Source: Macrostomum lignano | Lineage: Eukaryota | Direction: 5' to 3' | Assembly: GCA_002269645.1 (NCBI GenBank) | Contig: NIVC01004549.1 | Coordinates: 1 to 42,289, forward strand | Length of the DNA stretch: 42,289 nt | Shown: in pieces, positions 1 to 23,408 of the stretch | Position numbering within the stretch: the stretch's first letter is position 1 | Layout: each line of letters starts with the position of its first letter | Translations under genes and position numbers: made by a program | Notes under the pieces: model-generated | Seen by the model: the letters and a program-made list of their open reading frames with translations, nothing else | What the model was told of the DNA's origin: nothing | Database searches by the model: none

Positions 1-940
1 ATCTTCAAACTAAACAGGGTATCTAACGTTCAATTTTTGTGTTTGAACACTAATAACTTTTTTATTTCTTTTTTTGTTTTTTTCTAAAATATATATCATT
101 GTAAAGAATAATTCATACTCTTTCTAAAAGGTATAACTTTTGCACAGATAGATATAGAAAAATATTTTTTATCTACATTTGAATATAGGCCTAGTATCCC
201 CATTGAACAGAAAAAATGTGATTTTTTACTTTTCTGCCATTTCTTTAAACTCTTTCATGCTAAATTGATAAAAAGCTTTATATTTTTCTACTTATACAAG
301 GAAAAGCATTAAAGAATTTAAAAAAACTACAAGTTCTTTAAAGCCGAGCTGATACTTTGCCTATTTTGAAGTTCTTCTAAAGGACCTACTAATGTTTCAG
401 CTTTCAACATTGGCATTTATTTTGCTATTATTACTGTGACAATGTCATTATGCTATAATATTCTTAGTTTCTATCCATTTTTAGTGTACTTAAATTGATT
501 TTTTGTTATTAATATGGGGTAAGAAAGAGTTCTAAGAGTTAGACACTGCTATTGCTAAAAAGGTAGCCTGATCAATACACTAACATTGCTCTGGCCTAGT
601 TTGTCTACTGCTATATATAGGAAGTTCTAGCCAGGTTTTGAGGTCCTCAAAGTAGAGCCCCAGCTTAGCCACTAAAGAAACATGCAGCTTTAATATATTG
701 TTTATTGAAGCAGACTATTTCTCTAATAATTCTTTTGATTATTACAAAGATTCAACTTTGTTTCTTAATTAAAATGAATTGTTTATACTTTTAAGTAAGT
801 TTAAAATAAATTAATTGCTATGTATTTGATAAAAGTTTAAATTATTTGCTATTATTATAGGTAGAAATTTAGTATGTATAGCCATTTTAATTTTGTAGTA
901 CTATTTTATTCATATTATTAAAATGCTTAATTGGTTAGGG

Positions 941-1269
941 CAGGTTTTTTTGTGCGCAGAGTGTGCATATGCACCCTAAATTTTAAAATCGCACCCTGAA
1001 ATTAAAAAGTAGGTGCGGTTTAGGTGCAGTCTGTTATAGTATTTTTCATCATGTTACTATTTATCAAAGCAGCAATCTGAAGACAAGATAACAGACAATA
1101 GGTCAAGGCATTCTTTGTACAAAGATGTATAGACATAAGACATGTCTATACATTCCCAGTTGTCTGGAACAAGACTCAAGAGAAATTGCACTCTGTGCCT
1201 TAAAATCGTACCTTGAAATTTGGCACAAGTTGCGATTTCGCACCTTGTCTCTGGCGAAAAAAAACCCAG
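941..1269. mobile_element. hAT-type MITE, 329 bp
   Basis: 8-bp direct repeat GGTTAGGG at 933-940 and 1270-1277; imperfect TIRs (CAGGTTTTTTTG...CAGA vs TCTGGCGAAAAAAAACCCAG); no coding capacity. Confidence 0.7.
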
Positions 1270-1440
1270 GGTTAGGGTAAATCCAAGTTATATTTATAGA
1301 AATGCATTTAATAGTCTTTCTTCTAACAAAACAAAGAAAGAATATGTTTTAAATCAACTACATATCTAGCCTCAAAAAGGCTATATCTTTTAATCTTATT
1401 TCTTCTATTACTATTTTAAAAGAGCAATTTTCTATATAGA

Positions 1441-1720
1441 CATACATGCGCAACAGTCGGCCGACCGATTTGGCGGCCAACCAAGGAAGTCGCAAAAATG
1501 CCCACCCAAAAAAACATCCAAGTAGTAGTACTAAGTAGCTGACGAGGCATTTTGACTTAATAAGACAGTCATAGTTACTCCTGTCGTTTACCCAAAGTTG
1601 CGTTAATTTTGCTTTAGGGTTATTTTACATGTAAGTCGCATTTTTGGCCAAAAACTACATCGCATTTTTGTTAAAACTTAGTCGCACGGCCGACCGAATT
1701 TTAGAGGTTGCACATGTATG
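1441..1720. mobile_element. hAT-type MITE, 280 bp
   Basis: TIRs CATACATGCGCAAC / GTTGCACATGTATG (13/14 match); 8-bp TSD TATATAGA at 1433-1440 and 1721-1728. Confidence 0.8.
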
Positions 1721-2094
1721 TATATAGAAAACGATCAGCCCTAAAAGCTAGCTATCTTGCCTGAATCTACCTAGCCCTTTTGAGCTTTTGCACCAAAGCT
1801 TCTTTAGCCATGTTTTACCAAAGCCCTGACCCTTGGCATCTTACCAACCACCTATAAGCCTTGGTATCTCTGCAATCCCCCATGAGCCACAGGATTTTAG
1901 CAAGCTCCCCATGAGTCTTGACATCTCAGCAATTCTCTCCTTTAGCCACAGCATTTTAGCCAACTCCCTATGAGTTTTGATATCTTAACAATTCTCCCCA
2001 GATTCTCCCCATAGGCCACATTATTTCTGCAATTAAATGCTATAAGAAAAGTTGTTCATCTCTCATTCTCACCTCCCCTCACATTTACATCTAG

Positions 2095-5664
<3,570 letters not shown>

Positions 5665-6159
5665 GCGATCAGGACGAGCCCAAGACTCGCACGCTGCAGG
5701 CCAAGTCCCACACTGAGCCTGCTTTCACCGCTTGAACCTAAACTCATCTGCCGATTTGCCCTATGAGCTACGATTTTTATGGATGGGCAATTTTTCGTCA
5801 CGGATAGAAATAAGTGAAAACACTAGCCCTGTGCTTTGTATTAGTGATTGCATCACATAAATATTGTCGTTTCCGATCATTGCCTTTCCGCTCGCACCAA
5901 TTTTCTGGCTGAATTTTCATATTCCCCATTTGAATTGTTTTCAATTCGTGTAGCAGCCAGATCTGAATCGTGTCATTATCATACCTTAATTCCACTATAA
6001 CTCTAATCTTATCAGACATTTGCACCGCTTACACATCCAACTACTTGGTAATTTTTATTTTCAGTTATATAAAATTTACCGGTTATTTTCTAACTGTTTG
6101 CCAGCAAATATAGAAACGCTTTTTCTTTGATTGGTCCTGTTTTACAACTCTTTGAGTAT

Positions 6160-6445
6160 CAAAATAGCAGTTGTTTGCTTAAGCAGCCTGTATCACATTG
6201 TTCCGAATTCTTTTTGGTATGTTTTCTCACGAATAATAGCTGCCAGGTTTTTATTCTAATTCTTAACGAGAAAACCATGCACAGCAAGCAGTGGTCACGT
6301 TGAAACTTCAAAGACACCTGACTTGGCCCGCTAGGAGCATCCTGACGTTCCTGTGGGAGGCTGTCCTGCGGGATTCGGCTAAGCGAGAGGCTGTGGTCGG
6401 GGCCGAGGAGCGCGATGTTGTCAGCATAGATCATTTTTACCCGTA
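6160..6445 (-). mobile_element. Degenerate non-LTR reverse transcriptase remnant
   Basis: IYADNIALL resembles the RT YADD motif, followed by QVSLKFQRDHC (GLxFNxxKC-like). Confidence 0.4.
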
Positions 6446-7433
6446 GGTATGACTTCGGGAATATTACTGATGAAGATTAAAATGCCCTCAGCATAGGGAG
6501 TGAGTAGTTTTTATGAAGGGGCCTTTAGGACAGAATTCTTCACTGCCTGCATAGCGCCATTTATTGTATCTGTATTATTCGCAAAGAATCGACAACAAGA
6601 GGTGACTTGTTAGAGAATTCCAGCATAATACTTTTACCTGCTACCTTCTAAATCACCGATCAACCACTTTCAGGACATTTTTTCACAGCCACCAAAACAC
6701 TATTAGTTCCATATTGTTACCAGAGCAGGGTCCTCACTCCTTACCCTCTAAAATTACAATAAAAAGTTCCCAGTTCTCTCACCAGGTTTCTATTATAAAC
6801 AGCACGACCCTAATTACAAATCCAAATGCATCCAGTTCATGCAAAAATTCTGGCTCCAAGTAGAAAATAACGTTTCAAATATTAATCAGGCTCTCGCTCA
6901 AATCCCACAGTTTTCAACAGCATGAATTAATAAATAATGACAATGACAGCTACTATAACTGATAAAATTATAAGGCAGCTTCTGTCTTTACCAAGTGTAA
7001 GAACACTTGGTCCTATTACTTAAAAATATCCCTCTACTCGGAAATTCCGGGTCTGGCGTCCATGGCTGCCAGCTTGATTGAAGCTGATGCATTGATGAGG
7101 CGAGTCGATTGAAGACGATTCGACAACAGTGAATTTAAAAACAAACTAGCCTATTGTCTTGAACTGTTCTGATTAGTGATTATCCACTTCGTTAGATATT
7201 TAGGTTCTTGTTTATTTTTTAGAAAGCCAATCAATGACCGGTCATTAATTTGAAGTGACATTTCAAACAATGGTTCCCGAAATACTGGCTACAGAAAACC
7301 TGGCTTACAATGAAAGTGTTTTCGCACTTGCAGTGTTGATTGAGGCGGGCTGCACGCTATTAATCTGTAGAGTTAATCAATTTTTACGCTTCTGTTTGTG
7401 CTATGGAACCTGCGACCTATCCAGTTTTCACAG

Positions 7434-9150
7434 TCATAGCGCGCGGCTGTGCACAACTAGCCTGTGATCTGCCGGTGCTCTCACGATGCCGTCGTGTCCC
7501 AGAAGGATATCCTCTCGCTTCAGTTTGCAGTCCTCATTCGGTTCGAAACGAAACTTTTGCAGCAGAGGGACAAAGAAGAGGAACAGCTCCATCCGAGCCA
7601 GTGTCTCTCCCAAGCAGGAGCGTTTGCCGACGCTGAAAGGAATGAGGTACTCAGAGGGCTTGTACGTTCCGGTCTCTAGGTCCAGAAATCGATTGATGTT
7701 GAACTCGTGCGGCTCCGGGAATAGCTCCGGGTCCATATGAACTGAGTACAGATTGGGCAGTACTATGCTGTCGGGCGAAACGGGCAGTCCGTCAAAGTCA
7801 ACTTCCTTAACGGGTAAACATAAGAGAAGATGGTCAGTTTCGCAAAATAAAAACTTGACGCATTCGCTTTGAAAGTGCTAAAGCTTTCTCACCTTTGCAG
7901 CTCGGTGCTCAACGCTCATAGGCACCAGGTTCGCCATCCGCTGAGTTTCATCCAGAAACGCCTGTACCTTGTGCAAACTCCGCTTATCTTTCATGCTGAC
8001 CTCGCGGTCACCAATGACTGTGCTGATCTCGATGTGGCAGGCCTCCTGAAGCTCTGGGTGAAAGCAGCAGTATAGCAGCGCCCAGCGCAATGTAGTGGCG
8101 GTCGTGTCGCTACCGGCAACGTACAAGTCAGATACAGTCCGTATCAGCTGTCGGTTGTCAAAGCTACCGACATCGCCCTCCCCGGAAGCCTGCCGCATCC
8201 GCTGCTCTCGAAGATAAGCCTCAACAAAGCAAATAGGCTCGCTTGACTTATCGTAGTTGCGGCTAATATCCTGAATCTTATCCCAGCAGTAGTCCATAAC
8301 CCATCGCTCGCTCTGCAAGATGCGATTGCTGCTTGGTGAAAGCGATGTAAGCGAAATCGGCAGCTGGGGAAAGAAGACCATGAGTACAGTATCCAGTCCA
8401 GCTTGCGTCAAGGCCTTCGTGTGCTCCAGAAATTCCTCTAGCTTGGGGTCCTCGTAACCGCTTCGTTCAGCGAACACAAGACCTGCTATTACATTGACTA
8501 CGGCCTTAGTGATGTGAGCTGAAAGAATTTTTTGTCATCAGATTTATATACTCGGCACTAGTATTGTTGGTACGAAATATTACAAGGCCATGCAGATAAC
8601 CGGCAACATGTACAATATACGAGTATATAGTATTCTCACACTTTACATCCGTCTCCTGTCCATTATAGTCGCTGAGGTGTCTGGCGAGTTCCTGTGCCTC
8701 AGTCTGGATCTGTTGCTCCGAGAGGCTCCTGCCTAGACCGAAGTCACGCAAAACCCGAAGAGCAAAACGGCGCTGATCCTGCCAAAGTGGGCCCTCTGAG
8801 AAGAGAAGGCCGCGGCCCTCGGCTACGATCTGGTAGAAGGGATGATTCGGTCGCTGTGAGAACATGTCGGCTCGATCTACAAATGAGGCTTTGATCTTGT
8901 TGTAGCCGGAGATCACAACAAACTCCTGCGTGCCGATCACAAGCGAGATGACCTCGCCGTAGGCCTTGCGCATTTCATCGACAAAGAGGTACCAACGAAA
9001 TTGTCGATCAGTGACAGCTCTGTACATCATATAGGGCAGGCTGCCCAGTATCGGCAGACCGATCGGACCCCGACGTTTCAGCCGCCGAATCAGATGGCGG
9101 CTCAGCAGAGCGGCCAGCAGCCCAACTATCACTGTAATGACGAGAGTCAT
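7434..9150 (-). CDS. Cytochrome P450, clan 2 (CYP2-like), about 502 aa; exons 9150-8640, 8518-7893, 7805-7434
   Basis: N-terminal TM anchor, GPIGLPILG, WxxxR (WQDQRR), I-helix AGSDTT, ExxR (ETQR), heme motif FSVGKRSCLG. GT-AG introns are in frame; total 1509 nt with no disruption. Confidence 0.92.
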
Positions 9151-9185
9151 GGCCAATTAATGCTACTCGGTTAGTTACTCGGTTA

Positions 9186-9941
9186 ACTAACTAACTAAAA
9201 TAAGTAAAATCGGCGCCTCAGCCAAATGAATAGGCTCTTACGCCTCTAAGATAAATTAGTTTCCATATTAAGAGTGTACTCAGGTACACTAGTCTTCTAA
9301 ATTAGGCTATAGGAGACTGTGACCAATCAAGCCGAGCAGGCGACACCAGTCGGGCTGAGGGGGGGGGGCTACCCCCAGCTGTCGGGGCGTCACACCTACT
9401 CCAGACACAATACTAAACCCCCCCCCCGGGGCCAGCGAGGGTTCAGCGAACCAGTGAGGGAAGCCCGTGCCTTCTCCGGGTCAGTAGTGCCAAAAAATTG
9501 GTCATTTGACCAATGCCCCCACGGCCGTGGCTACCAGCCTGGGACTGCCCCCCCCACTAACCCCGGGTACTCTTTGCCAAGACAGTCTCTTATCTTTGAA
9601 GCGGCAGGAGGGCTAATCGCCGGGACTATTTCACCCTTTGCTTCGCCAACCCGCCATTTTTATGGTTGCCGTGCCAACGGCCTCGTCCTGCTCAGACTCA
9701 GTCCTGGTTTTGGCACACTCCAGCTTAAAGCTAGCCGTTCACCAGAGGACACTCCGAGGGAGACCGTCAGAGCATCAACTGGAACCGAGTATAGGCCTGC
9801 CTTCCTATACAGCTACCCACAGCCCTTCCTGATCGACTATTACCCTCTAACCCAGCCTACTAACTCATTACAAGCTTTCAGCCAGGCAGAGACAAGTGTC
9901 ACATGGGTACTGCGGTTCGGCGTCTCTATGCGAGACAAAAC
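9186..9941 (-). mobile_element. 756-bp retroposed-type non-coding insertion with 18-bp TSD and (TTAG)n tail
   Basis: CGGTTAGTTACTCGGTTA is directly repeated at 9168-9185 and 9942-9959. On the minus strand the insert ends ...GCCTATTC...GGCGCC...TTAGTTAGTTAGT. Confidence 0.6.
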
Positions 9942-10378
9942 CGGTTAGTTACTCGGTTAGAAATTTACTCGGAAATCAGAAAACTTGGATCCAGCACTCG
10001 CAAATGCGTCATTTGCATGATAGTGGACTCAACTTCGAACTCTAGCCTTCTCTAAGCCTGCTTTCCCTCCCTCGATTGTGTTGCTTTATCTGTGAGCACA
10101 TGCATGCACAGTACTGTGCCGTATCTTGCGAATAGCTGGTTCTATTATCGCAATCTACAGTACTGTTGTACACTGTATGTACATGCTGCAGTGTATGCAA
10201 ATAGCTATATTGATCAGTTCTTTGGACACAATTGTTTGCGCCTGTCGGTTCTGTGAATTTTACTGTTACACGTATTGATTCAGCTGACCTACATTTAAAA
10301 TTAACTGTTGCGGAAAAACTGCGCTGCACTTGACCTCATAGTGCTATCTTAAATTTATGGCAGTTATCGCATTAAAAA

Positions 10379-10749
10379 GTCGCCACCTTTGAGAGTGCGC
10401 ACTAAATTCCAGCTCAGTATTGACTTTTGAGTGACGCAATTTGCGCCACGCGACGCAGAGTTGAGCTGAGTGAGGAGGGATTGGGAAGAGCGGAGGACTC
10501 GAAGATTGGATGGATGGATTAAAGCTTTCGCCAAGGTTTTCATTGTTTTTCAAGCATGTTTTAATATCAAAATGTTTATCCAAAGGTAATAATATGTACT
10601 CAGCAACACTGAAGAGTCGCCACTCTATGCGCCAGTGAACGATTTCTCTTAGACTGTTCTGAACTAAAAGATGCGAGAAAATTGATCGGGGTAGTAGCGT
10701 CACTCGCAAAGATTGAGAGTCTTATAACCTGCACTCTCAAAAGTGGCGA
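10379..10749. repeat. Inverted repeat pair, possible MITE remnant
   Basis: GTCGCCACCTTTGAGAGTGC (10379-10398) vs GCACTCTCAAAAGTGGCGAC (10730-10749), 19/20 complementary; extra GTCGCCA motifs nearby; no TSD found. Confidence 0.4.
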
Positions 10750-11949
10750 CCACAGACGGAATCTTCTCTGATGGCGACTTTTCGATGTTGTTGAGTACCA
10801 GTATATGTACCTGAGCTAGGTGATTAGACGCTGGACGAAAGACACTGCTCACTGGGCCAAAGGGTGGCTATACTTTTCAATGTTGCTGAGTATATGAGTA
10901 TGTATATTACATTACATGTACGCTTGTATCCTGACGTTATGTAATGACGCTAAACATATGTAAAGGTCAATTTTGTCGACATGTCACTTTCAATGATCGG
11001 TGGTCAATAAAGCATCAATCAACTGAACCTAATTAAAACACATTCACACTTTGTAAAAATCACTCTGATCTATGGTATTTACATGGCGTCTACAGCGTTA
11101 GCTATTGAGAAACAATAAAATGGTCTCCGAGAGAAGGGAATTGCAATTTCGTCTCGGGCGGTCCAAGCTAGCATCGTGTTAGTAAAAAGCGATCAGCTGC
11201 ATATAGTAAAGTTCAAAACAAGGACTACTTAAGTAGACGTTACTTTTGTCGTCCTTGATTTAAAACTGTACGTATTTGCAGAGCTGCAGGACAGTCGGTT
11301 GTTAGAGAGCGAGTTTAAGATCACGTGTTCTGAATTTCATACAATGAAAAGTATAGGTGCATGTACTGTAGTCTTATACATGTATATACAATACATAACG
11401 TGTACATGCATGTCAGAGCGCCCCTGCCGAAATGTATAGACCTTGAACTAACAAGTCAACAACCAGTTTTATTGTATTGTTCTGCACCGCGGCTGAATTT
11501 GATGTTGAATTGACGTCTCTAAGTTATCATTTACATGCATTCAGCCTAACATTAAACTACATATTCATTGCAATCTGGTTCTATAAGGCCGAGCAGTTCG
11601 TGTGGAATTCTCTCTACCATCACGGCAGCCAGCAGCAGTTCGATCAAAGCCTAATTTCAACTGTTCTTCCGTAGCTCTGAGAAATTAATTATCGGTTAAA
11701 TACGGTGGTAGCCGCTTCCCGCTACTTATAGTAGCATGATAGCTAACTTAACGTTTAATTAGTCTAACCAACCCGCGGAGTCTATGAAGGCCACGCTAGA
11801 CAAGTACAAGTACTCGTTTACTCAGCAACCAGCTAAAGCCCCCCCCCTCTCTCACTCACGCTGCCACACGGCCCAAAATGTTGCATCCCATTACGTGATT
11901 CAGAAATGTGCGAAGACATAAACTGCGAGGGGTTGTGCAACCCCACATT

Positions 11950-12175
11950 AAACAGGCCGTCGAAGTCTCCGGACATGAACCCCATCGAGCATGTTTTCGT
12001 AAAGCGAAGAGTTCGGCAGGGTGCCTCGCAGAATGCTGAACAGTTGTGACTGGCGGTTCTGAATGCCTAGCAGCAGCTACCTAAAGTTCATTACCCGGCT
12101 GGTGATCAGTGATCAGGATGCCACGATGAGTTATGGCATTTTTGCATGCTCGTGGTTCCTACACACGACAATGAA
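11950..12175 (+). mobile_element. Tc1/mariner transposase C-terminal remnant
   Basis: SPDMNPIEHVF at 11966 onward (SPDLNPIE motif), then a broken MPR...ARGSYTR C-terminus with stops. Confidence 0.7.
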
Positions 12176-12589
12176 GCGAGCAACCTCAGAGTCAACAGTC
12201 AGAGCTCTTAGTCGTTAAAAAGACGCCTGCTATGTAAAATAGGAAAGTTCTTGGTAATAATTTGCCGTTATAAGATTTTTTCTTCTATTAATTAATGCTT
12301 TTTCCATCCATTAATGCTTTACAACAAGCCAAGATTACTTGCACCGTCTCCTACCACTGAAATCCGGTGTAATTTTTATTAGTTTCTTTCTACGTGATGT
12401 TATGAAAATACCAGTGACTTTAAATCTATACAAATTACTAACTTTGTTTATCTTTCGAACGTACGAGCAGTTTACTCGGAGTAACCTGTACCTGATATCC
12501 TGGAGCAGCACAGGCGCTGAATGTCAGCTGCTGTATTTTCGGCTGGTGCCAGCAGAGCGGATTTTAGACAGAGTTGCATCGCCATAGAA

Positions 12590-15565
<2,976 letters not shown>

Positions 15566-16114
15566 ATTAAGGGTCTGCAGATGCATTTAATCTATAATCC
15601 TGACGGGTTATGATTTTAAAAAACCACGGCTTCTAAATCCTGTCCTGACCTGCCGCTGCAGACACTGAAGCAAAAGAATTAAGTGCAGCGCCTAAGGCAA
15701 ATTTATTAAAGCAGAGCACTCGCGATGCACAATGCGCTCGCAACCTTCCTCTGGAACGGCCTATTCAGCTCAGCACTCGCAGCACGATAGTCTGGCATGA
15801 TATAAGCTGGCAAAGAGAAAACTGCTTTGAGTTCGTAATCACCCCATTCTACTGATCTCTCGAACCACCCAACTAACTACCCGTATTTCTGCCTCACAGA
15901 CAATAAACAATCCTAGCTAGAATGCAACTCCATCTAGCATATTACTCAAAACAGACCGAGCACAGTACTGCTGGTTGCCCCCGGAAACCGTAGAGACTGG
16001 ACAGCGCTCGCCTCTGCAGGAAGGCTGGCAAAGCAATGTGCTGGCTTGAGAATAGCGAGCGAGCAGAGATAATTACTGCTTGAGGTTGAGCTGAGCTCTC
16101 ATAACCACCGCTCA

Positions 16115-19623
<3,509 letters not shown>

Positions 19624-21131
19624 TTACCAAGAGTCGGTCGGTACTATCAATAGTGACAACTTCAGTTAATGAATTATTTGGATAGAAGCTTTCATCATTA
19701 ATATCATCTAAAATAAATCAGCGAGACAAATCGGGTATTAATTGGTTAGACAGAAACAGCTAGCAAGTTGATTCGGTGCATTTAATTGGGCAACCGTACT
19801 CGTATGTTTTTCTTACAGAAAGCGTAATCGTTTTTCTGCGAAAGCAGACAGCAGCAGAAGATCATTTAAGAACGAAGCTAGAATACGGAACGTAACATGC
19901 AGTAAATAGTGGACCAGCAGCCAATATAGAAAATTTATGCAATAAATTTGTAAATACCAGCAAGTATTTATGTATTCAACTACAGTCAATAACTGTTAGC
20001 ACACACTAAGTATTCTGCTAGGTACTGACGAATGTGGATTCAATTTAAAACTTACAGGCAGATACCTCGCTATTAAAATTATGCAAAACTGTCAATACAG
20101 TTAGGAAAAATCAACTTATTCACCGAATTCATAACAGTCAGCTTTGCTAAGACGGCTGAGATCGCACAGAGAAACACGCGCAGTGATTAAAACATTTGAT
20201 CCGAAACGAAAAATCGATAAGAGCACAAAGATACAATCAAGGACTACGAGTACGTACTCAAGTAGAATGACGTGGAAGGATGTTTCTTCAAAAAAATTAA
20301 GAAGGCAGATTTTATGAAAAAAATACGTAAGAATGGAGGCTTTTGTCTTTTTCAACACAAAACATTTTACTGCTTTTGATAGGCAGCAGACGCGATGAGC
20401 AAAGTACATGTCCTGTGCCTAGAATCATAGAAATGGCACAGCTTGACCCAGCCGGTTGTGTAAAAGAATGTGCCGCAGAACGGCACAGGACAGGTACGAA
20501 TAGACAATAAACTAACATAGAATCATAACTTTCAAAAACGAAAAGCTCCATGAATGACAACAGAGCTATAAGAAATATCGAAAAATAAACATTAGGTCTG
20601 CCCTCCTATCAAAGCAATAACAAATTTTGTGTAGAAGAAATGAAAATCTTTATTGTCCGTAATTTTTTTTCGTAATACCTAGTTTCTAAAATTCTCCAAG
20701 AAACACTTTCCCGTCCTTTAAGAATTCAGCTGAGAATGCTCAAGACGACAGGAATCAGTCACCTTGAACAAATCGAGAGGTTTGCTTTTCAACATTAATC
20801 TTATGTTGGAACGGGTGTTCTTGGATGGCTGCAATCTTTTAGTACAATCCTTTTTGGCTTTCGAGTATCGAGGTTTTTTTACTGAAGCTTTTTACTCCGA
20901 ATCATAATCTAATCGCCACAAAAGAGTTTAAAACAATAAAAACTGGACATTCGAGTGCAAGCAGTTGCAGTTGCAAGTTGGCGGTTTTCGATTACCTGAG
21001 GGAAAAGTTTCTAACGCGCCGTGTGAGCTCGCGCTATTTCGACTCTACTAGAACTAAATTTTTGTAGCTAAATTAGACCGAAATTTAAATTCGTGTGAGA
21101 TATGTTAAACAGTCCGTCAATAAACAGTTAA

Positions 21132-23408
21132 TTAACAGGTTAGCCAGAGCATAAAGTTTTTAAGCACTACAAAAAACTTTCCCGCAGTTTTTCCCTTTCC
21201 AGTAGCCCTTTGAAACTGCCATTTTTCCTGAAGACTCGATTTCAGCCAACTGGGAAGATCTGCTTCCTTCAGTCTCTTGAATATTTCCAGAGTCTGCTCT
21301 AGATTCGAAGAATAAAATGCGGCGACCAGCAGCTCCTTCTCATCCGAGTCCTCTCTCTCAGCCACATCCCGGATCCAGTCCTGGGCGCGCGCTTCTGGAT
21401 CAGTCCGCAGCTCGAGCCGCAAAGCCCATAGCAGAGCGTCAAAGTTCATATAGAAAATAGTTACTGCCTGACAACTGAAGGGGAAAGCACTCCCTCAGAG
21501 CTCCTGTCAGGAATTCGAGTTTCGGTCGCTGGTCGAACTTAAAGCAGAACTTCCACGCCGAGTCGCAGCTCCTCAGATGCCGCATCACGAACTCCACTGT
21601 CGCTTCAGTCGCCGACTTCCCACGAGACCAAGCAATGCCTCTGCTCACCGAGTGACCTGAGTACAAGCTCACGACTCTCTCTGCAGTTCCTCGGTAGCCG
21701 AACTTCAGGCAAGCTAGCGCTCTGAGAGCCTCCCGAGCTGAGAGGGCACAGTCTGGCAGTCTGGCTATCAGCTCTGTAAGCGATTCCTGAGATCGCGGGC
21801 TGCAGTCACTGTGTGAGAGACGAACAAGACACTCTCTCACCACGTCGTAGATCTGATAGTACTCGAGAGCACTGGACTTCGTGATGGGCATCGACCTCAG
21901 ATCCGGCAGAATTTGGAACGGGTGGAAGTAGAATGTGCCTGAGTCGCTCACAGGTCTGAGACTACCGATGAACTGCTGAAGAAGTTGTGGCAGCCGATCT
22001 ACTACTGTTCTCAGTGTGCTCATGATGCCATCCAAATACTGGTCCACTCTCTCCTTGTCTGCACCCTTGAGGTAGATGGCCGCATCGCTGAGAAAGAAAT
22101 GATTCATGATAACCCGAGATTGGTCAGGTGTGTCAGGTGTTTGTCTGTCATGCTCTCGGCTCTTCTCCACACAGTCGAGCAGCATCTGCAGCGACTGTCT
22201 CGTGAGGCTCACGAGGTTCTCCTTCTTCCATTGCTCGACCGGCGTCTCGTCCACCATTCGGAAAGTGACGGTCTTCACGTGGTAGGACTTCAAGCCTTGC
22301 TGATTGAAACCATCCTTGTGACAGATTAACTTCTTGACCAGGTATTTGAGTGTGACAAAAAGTTGACCTTGCAGGGTAGTAAGACTTCGCAGCATCCGGT
22401 TCTCCAGGAAGGTGGTGCTCACGCGGAGCTCTTCGCCCCCTCGGTCAGGAGAGGCTGCGTGCACCACGTGGCAGGGCAATGAAGCCGAGGTGAGAACCTT
22501 CCGAAGGGCCTCCAGCACCGGATGGGGGATGTTCGAGACGCGGTTTGGCAGCAGCGGCGCGATGGGTGGGTAGCGACAGAGACGGCCTGCTGAGACATTG
22601 TCCAGCGCTGGTCTCAGCGTGAATCCGGGTACCGCATCGGCAGGATTGGAGGCTGTAAAAGCGATTCGGTTCCCGGTTGGGCAATAAACAACTTTAAGTC
22701 TGTGGAGTGATATTTTGGACTGATTTGGAAGATTAAAATTCAAATATAATTGTTGCTCATATTTATTACCTACTCAAAAAGACACATATAAATGCATGTT
22801 GCCAATTTCTTTTCTGTGGGTGTTAGCCATTTAATACTCAGCAGGTTCGATACATCCCTAAATGCTGTGCGTTGCAATTACTTCAGACTGAAGGATAGTA
22901 GTCAGGTTCTTGTTTAGATCTACTTACTGAGTTCAGAAATCGTGCATACAGCGATATTTTCTACACCAGTGCTTTACACACGAAAAGCAAACATCTGCAC
23001 TGCCAGAATCTCCAGCAATCGGGTAAAAGAACTAACAGACCATCTCACTTCCGAGAGAACTCACCGAATCCTGAGCACTGAATGTGCCCATTCACCAACT
23101 CGTGCTGCGCCGGAGCTCCATCGCACTCGCACAGGCCTCTCTGGTGGTATTCTCGGCCGGGAATCAAATACATCACATCAATGTCGGAATTGACGTCAGT
23201 TCTGCCGTCCAGTGTCGTCAGACTGTTGCCCCAGCCTTCTGAGTAGCTGCCGACGACAAAAAAGTCATCGTCGTTCATTCGACTTCTTAGAATCTGCTGC
23301 AGGGCATCGGCAGCCGCGCTCTGCAATGCGGCTCGGGATTCGGTGAAGCCTGACTGCTCCCGTGCTGAGTGCAGCTGCTCGCTCAGCTCTGAGTCACTGG
23401 GACTGAAT
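21132..23408 (-). pseudogene. Mab21/cGAS-like receptor (cGLR) nucleotidyltransferase part of an ANK-cGLR gene; exons 23408-23065 and 22652-~21132, frameshift near 21455
   Basis: VVGSYSEG...SDIDVM NTase motif, EELRVSTTFLE, LKYLVK, LKSYHVKT and MNHFF Mab21 motifs. Splice sites join in frame. A 1-bp shift breaks ...NYFYMNFDALLW. Confidence 0.8.

Noticed and set aside
1845-2030. Degenerate ~30-bp repeats (GACATCT.AGCAA.TCCCC..AGCC), similar to 38946-39045
   Set aside because: Short, degenerate dispersed repeat without TIR or TSD; no further inference possible.
15900-16114. RTE-like 3' end feeding into the AACT array
   Set aside because: Only vague similarity (VLLVAPGNRRDW); not enough to call.
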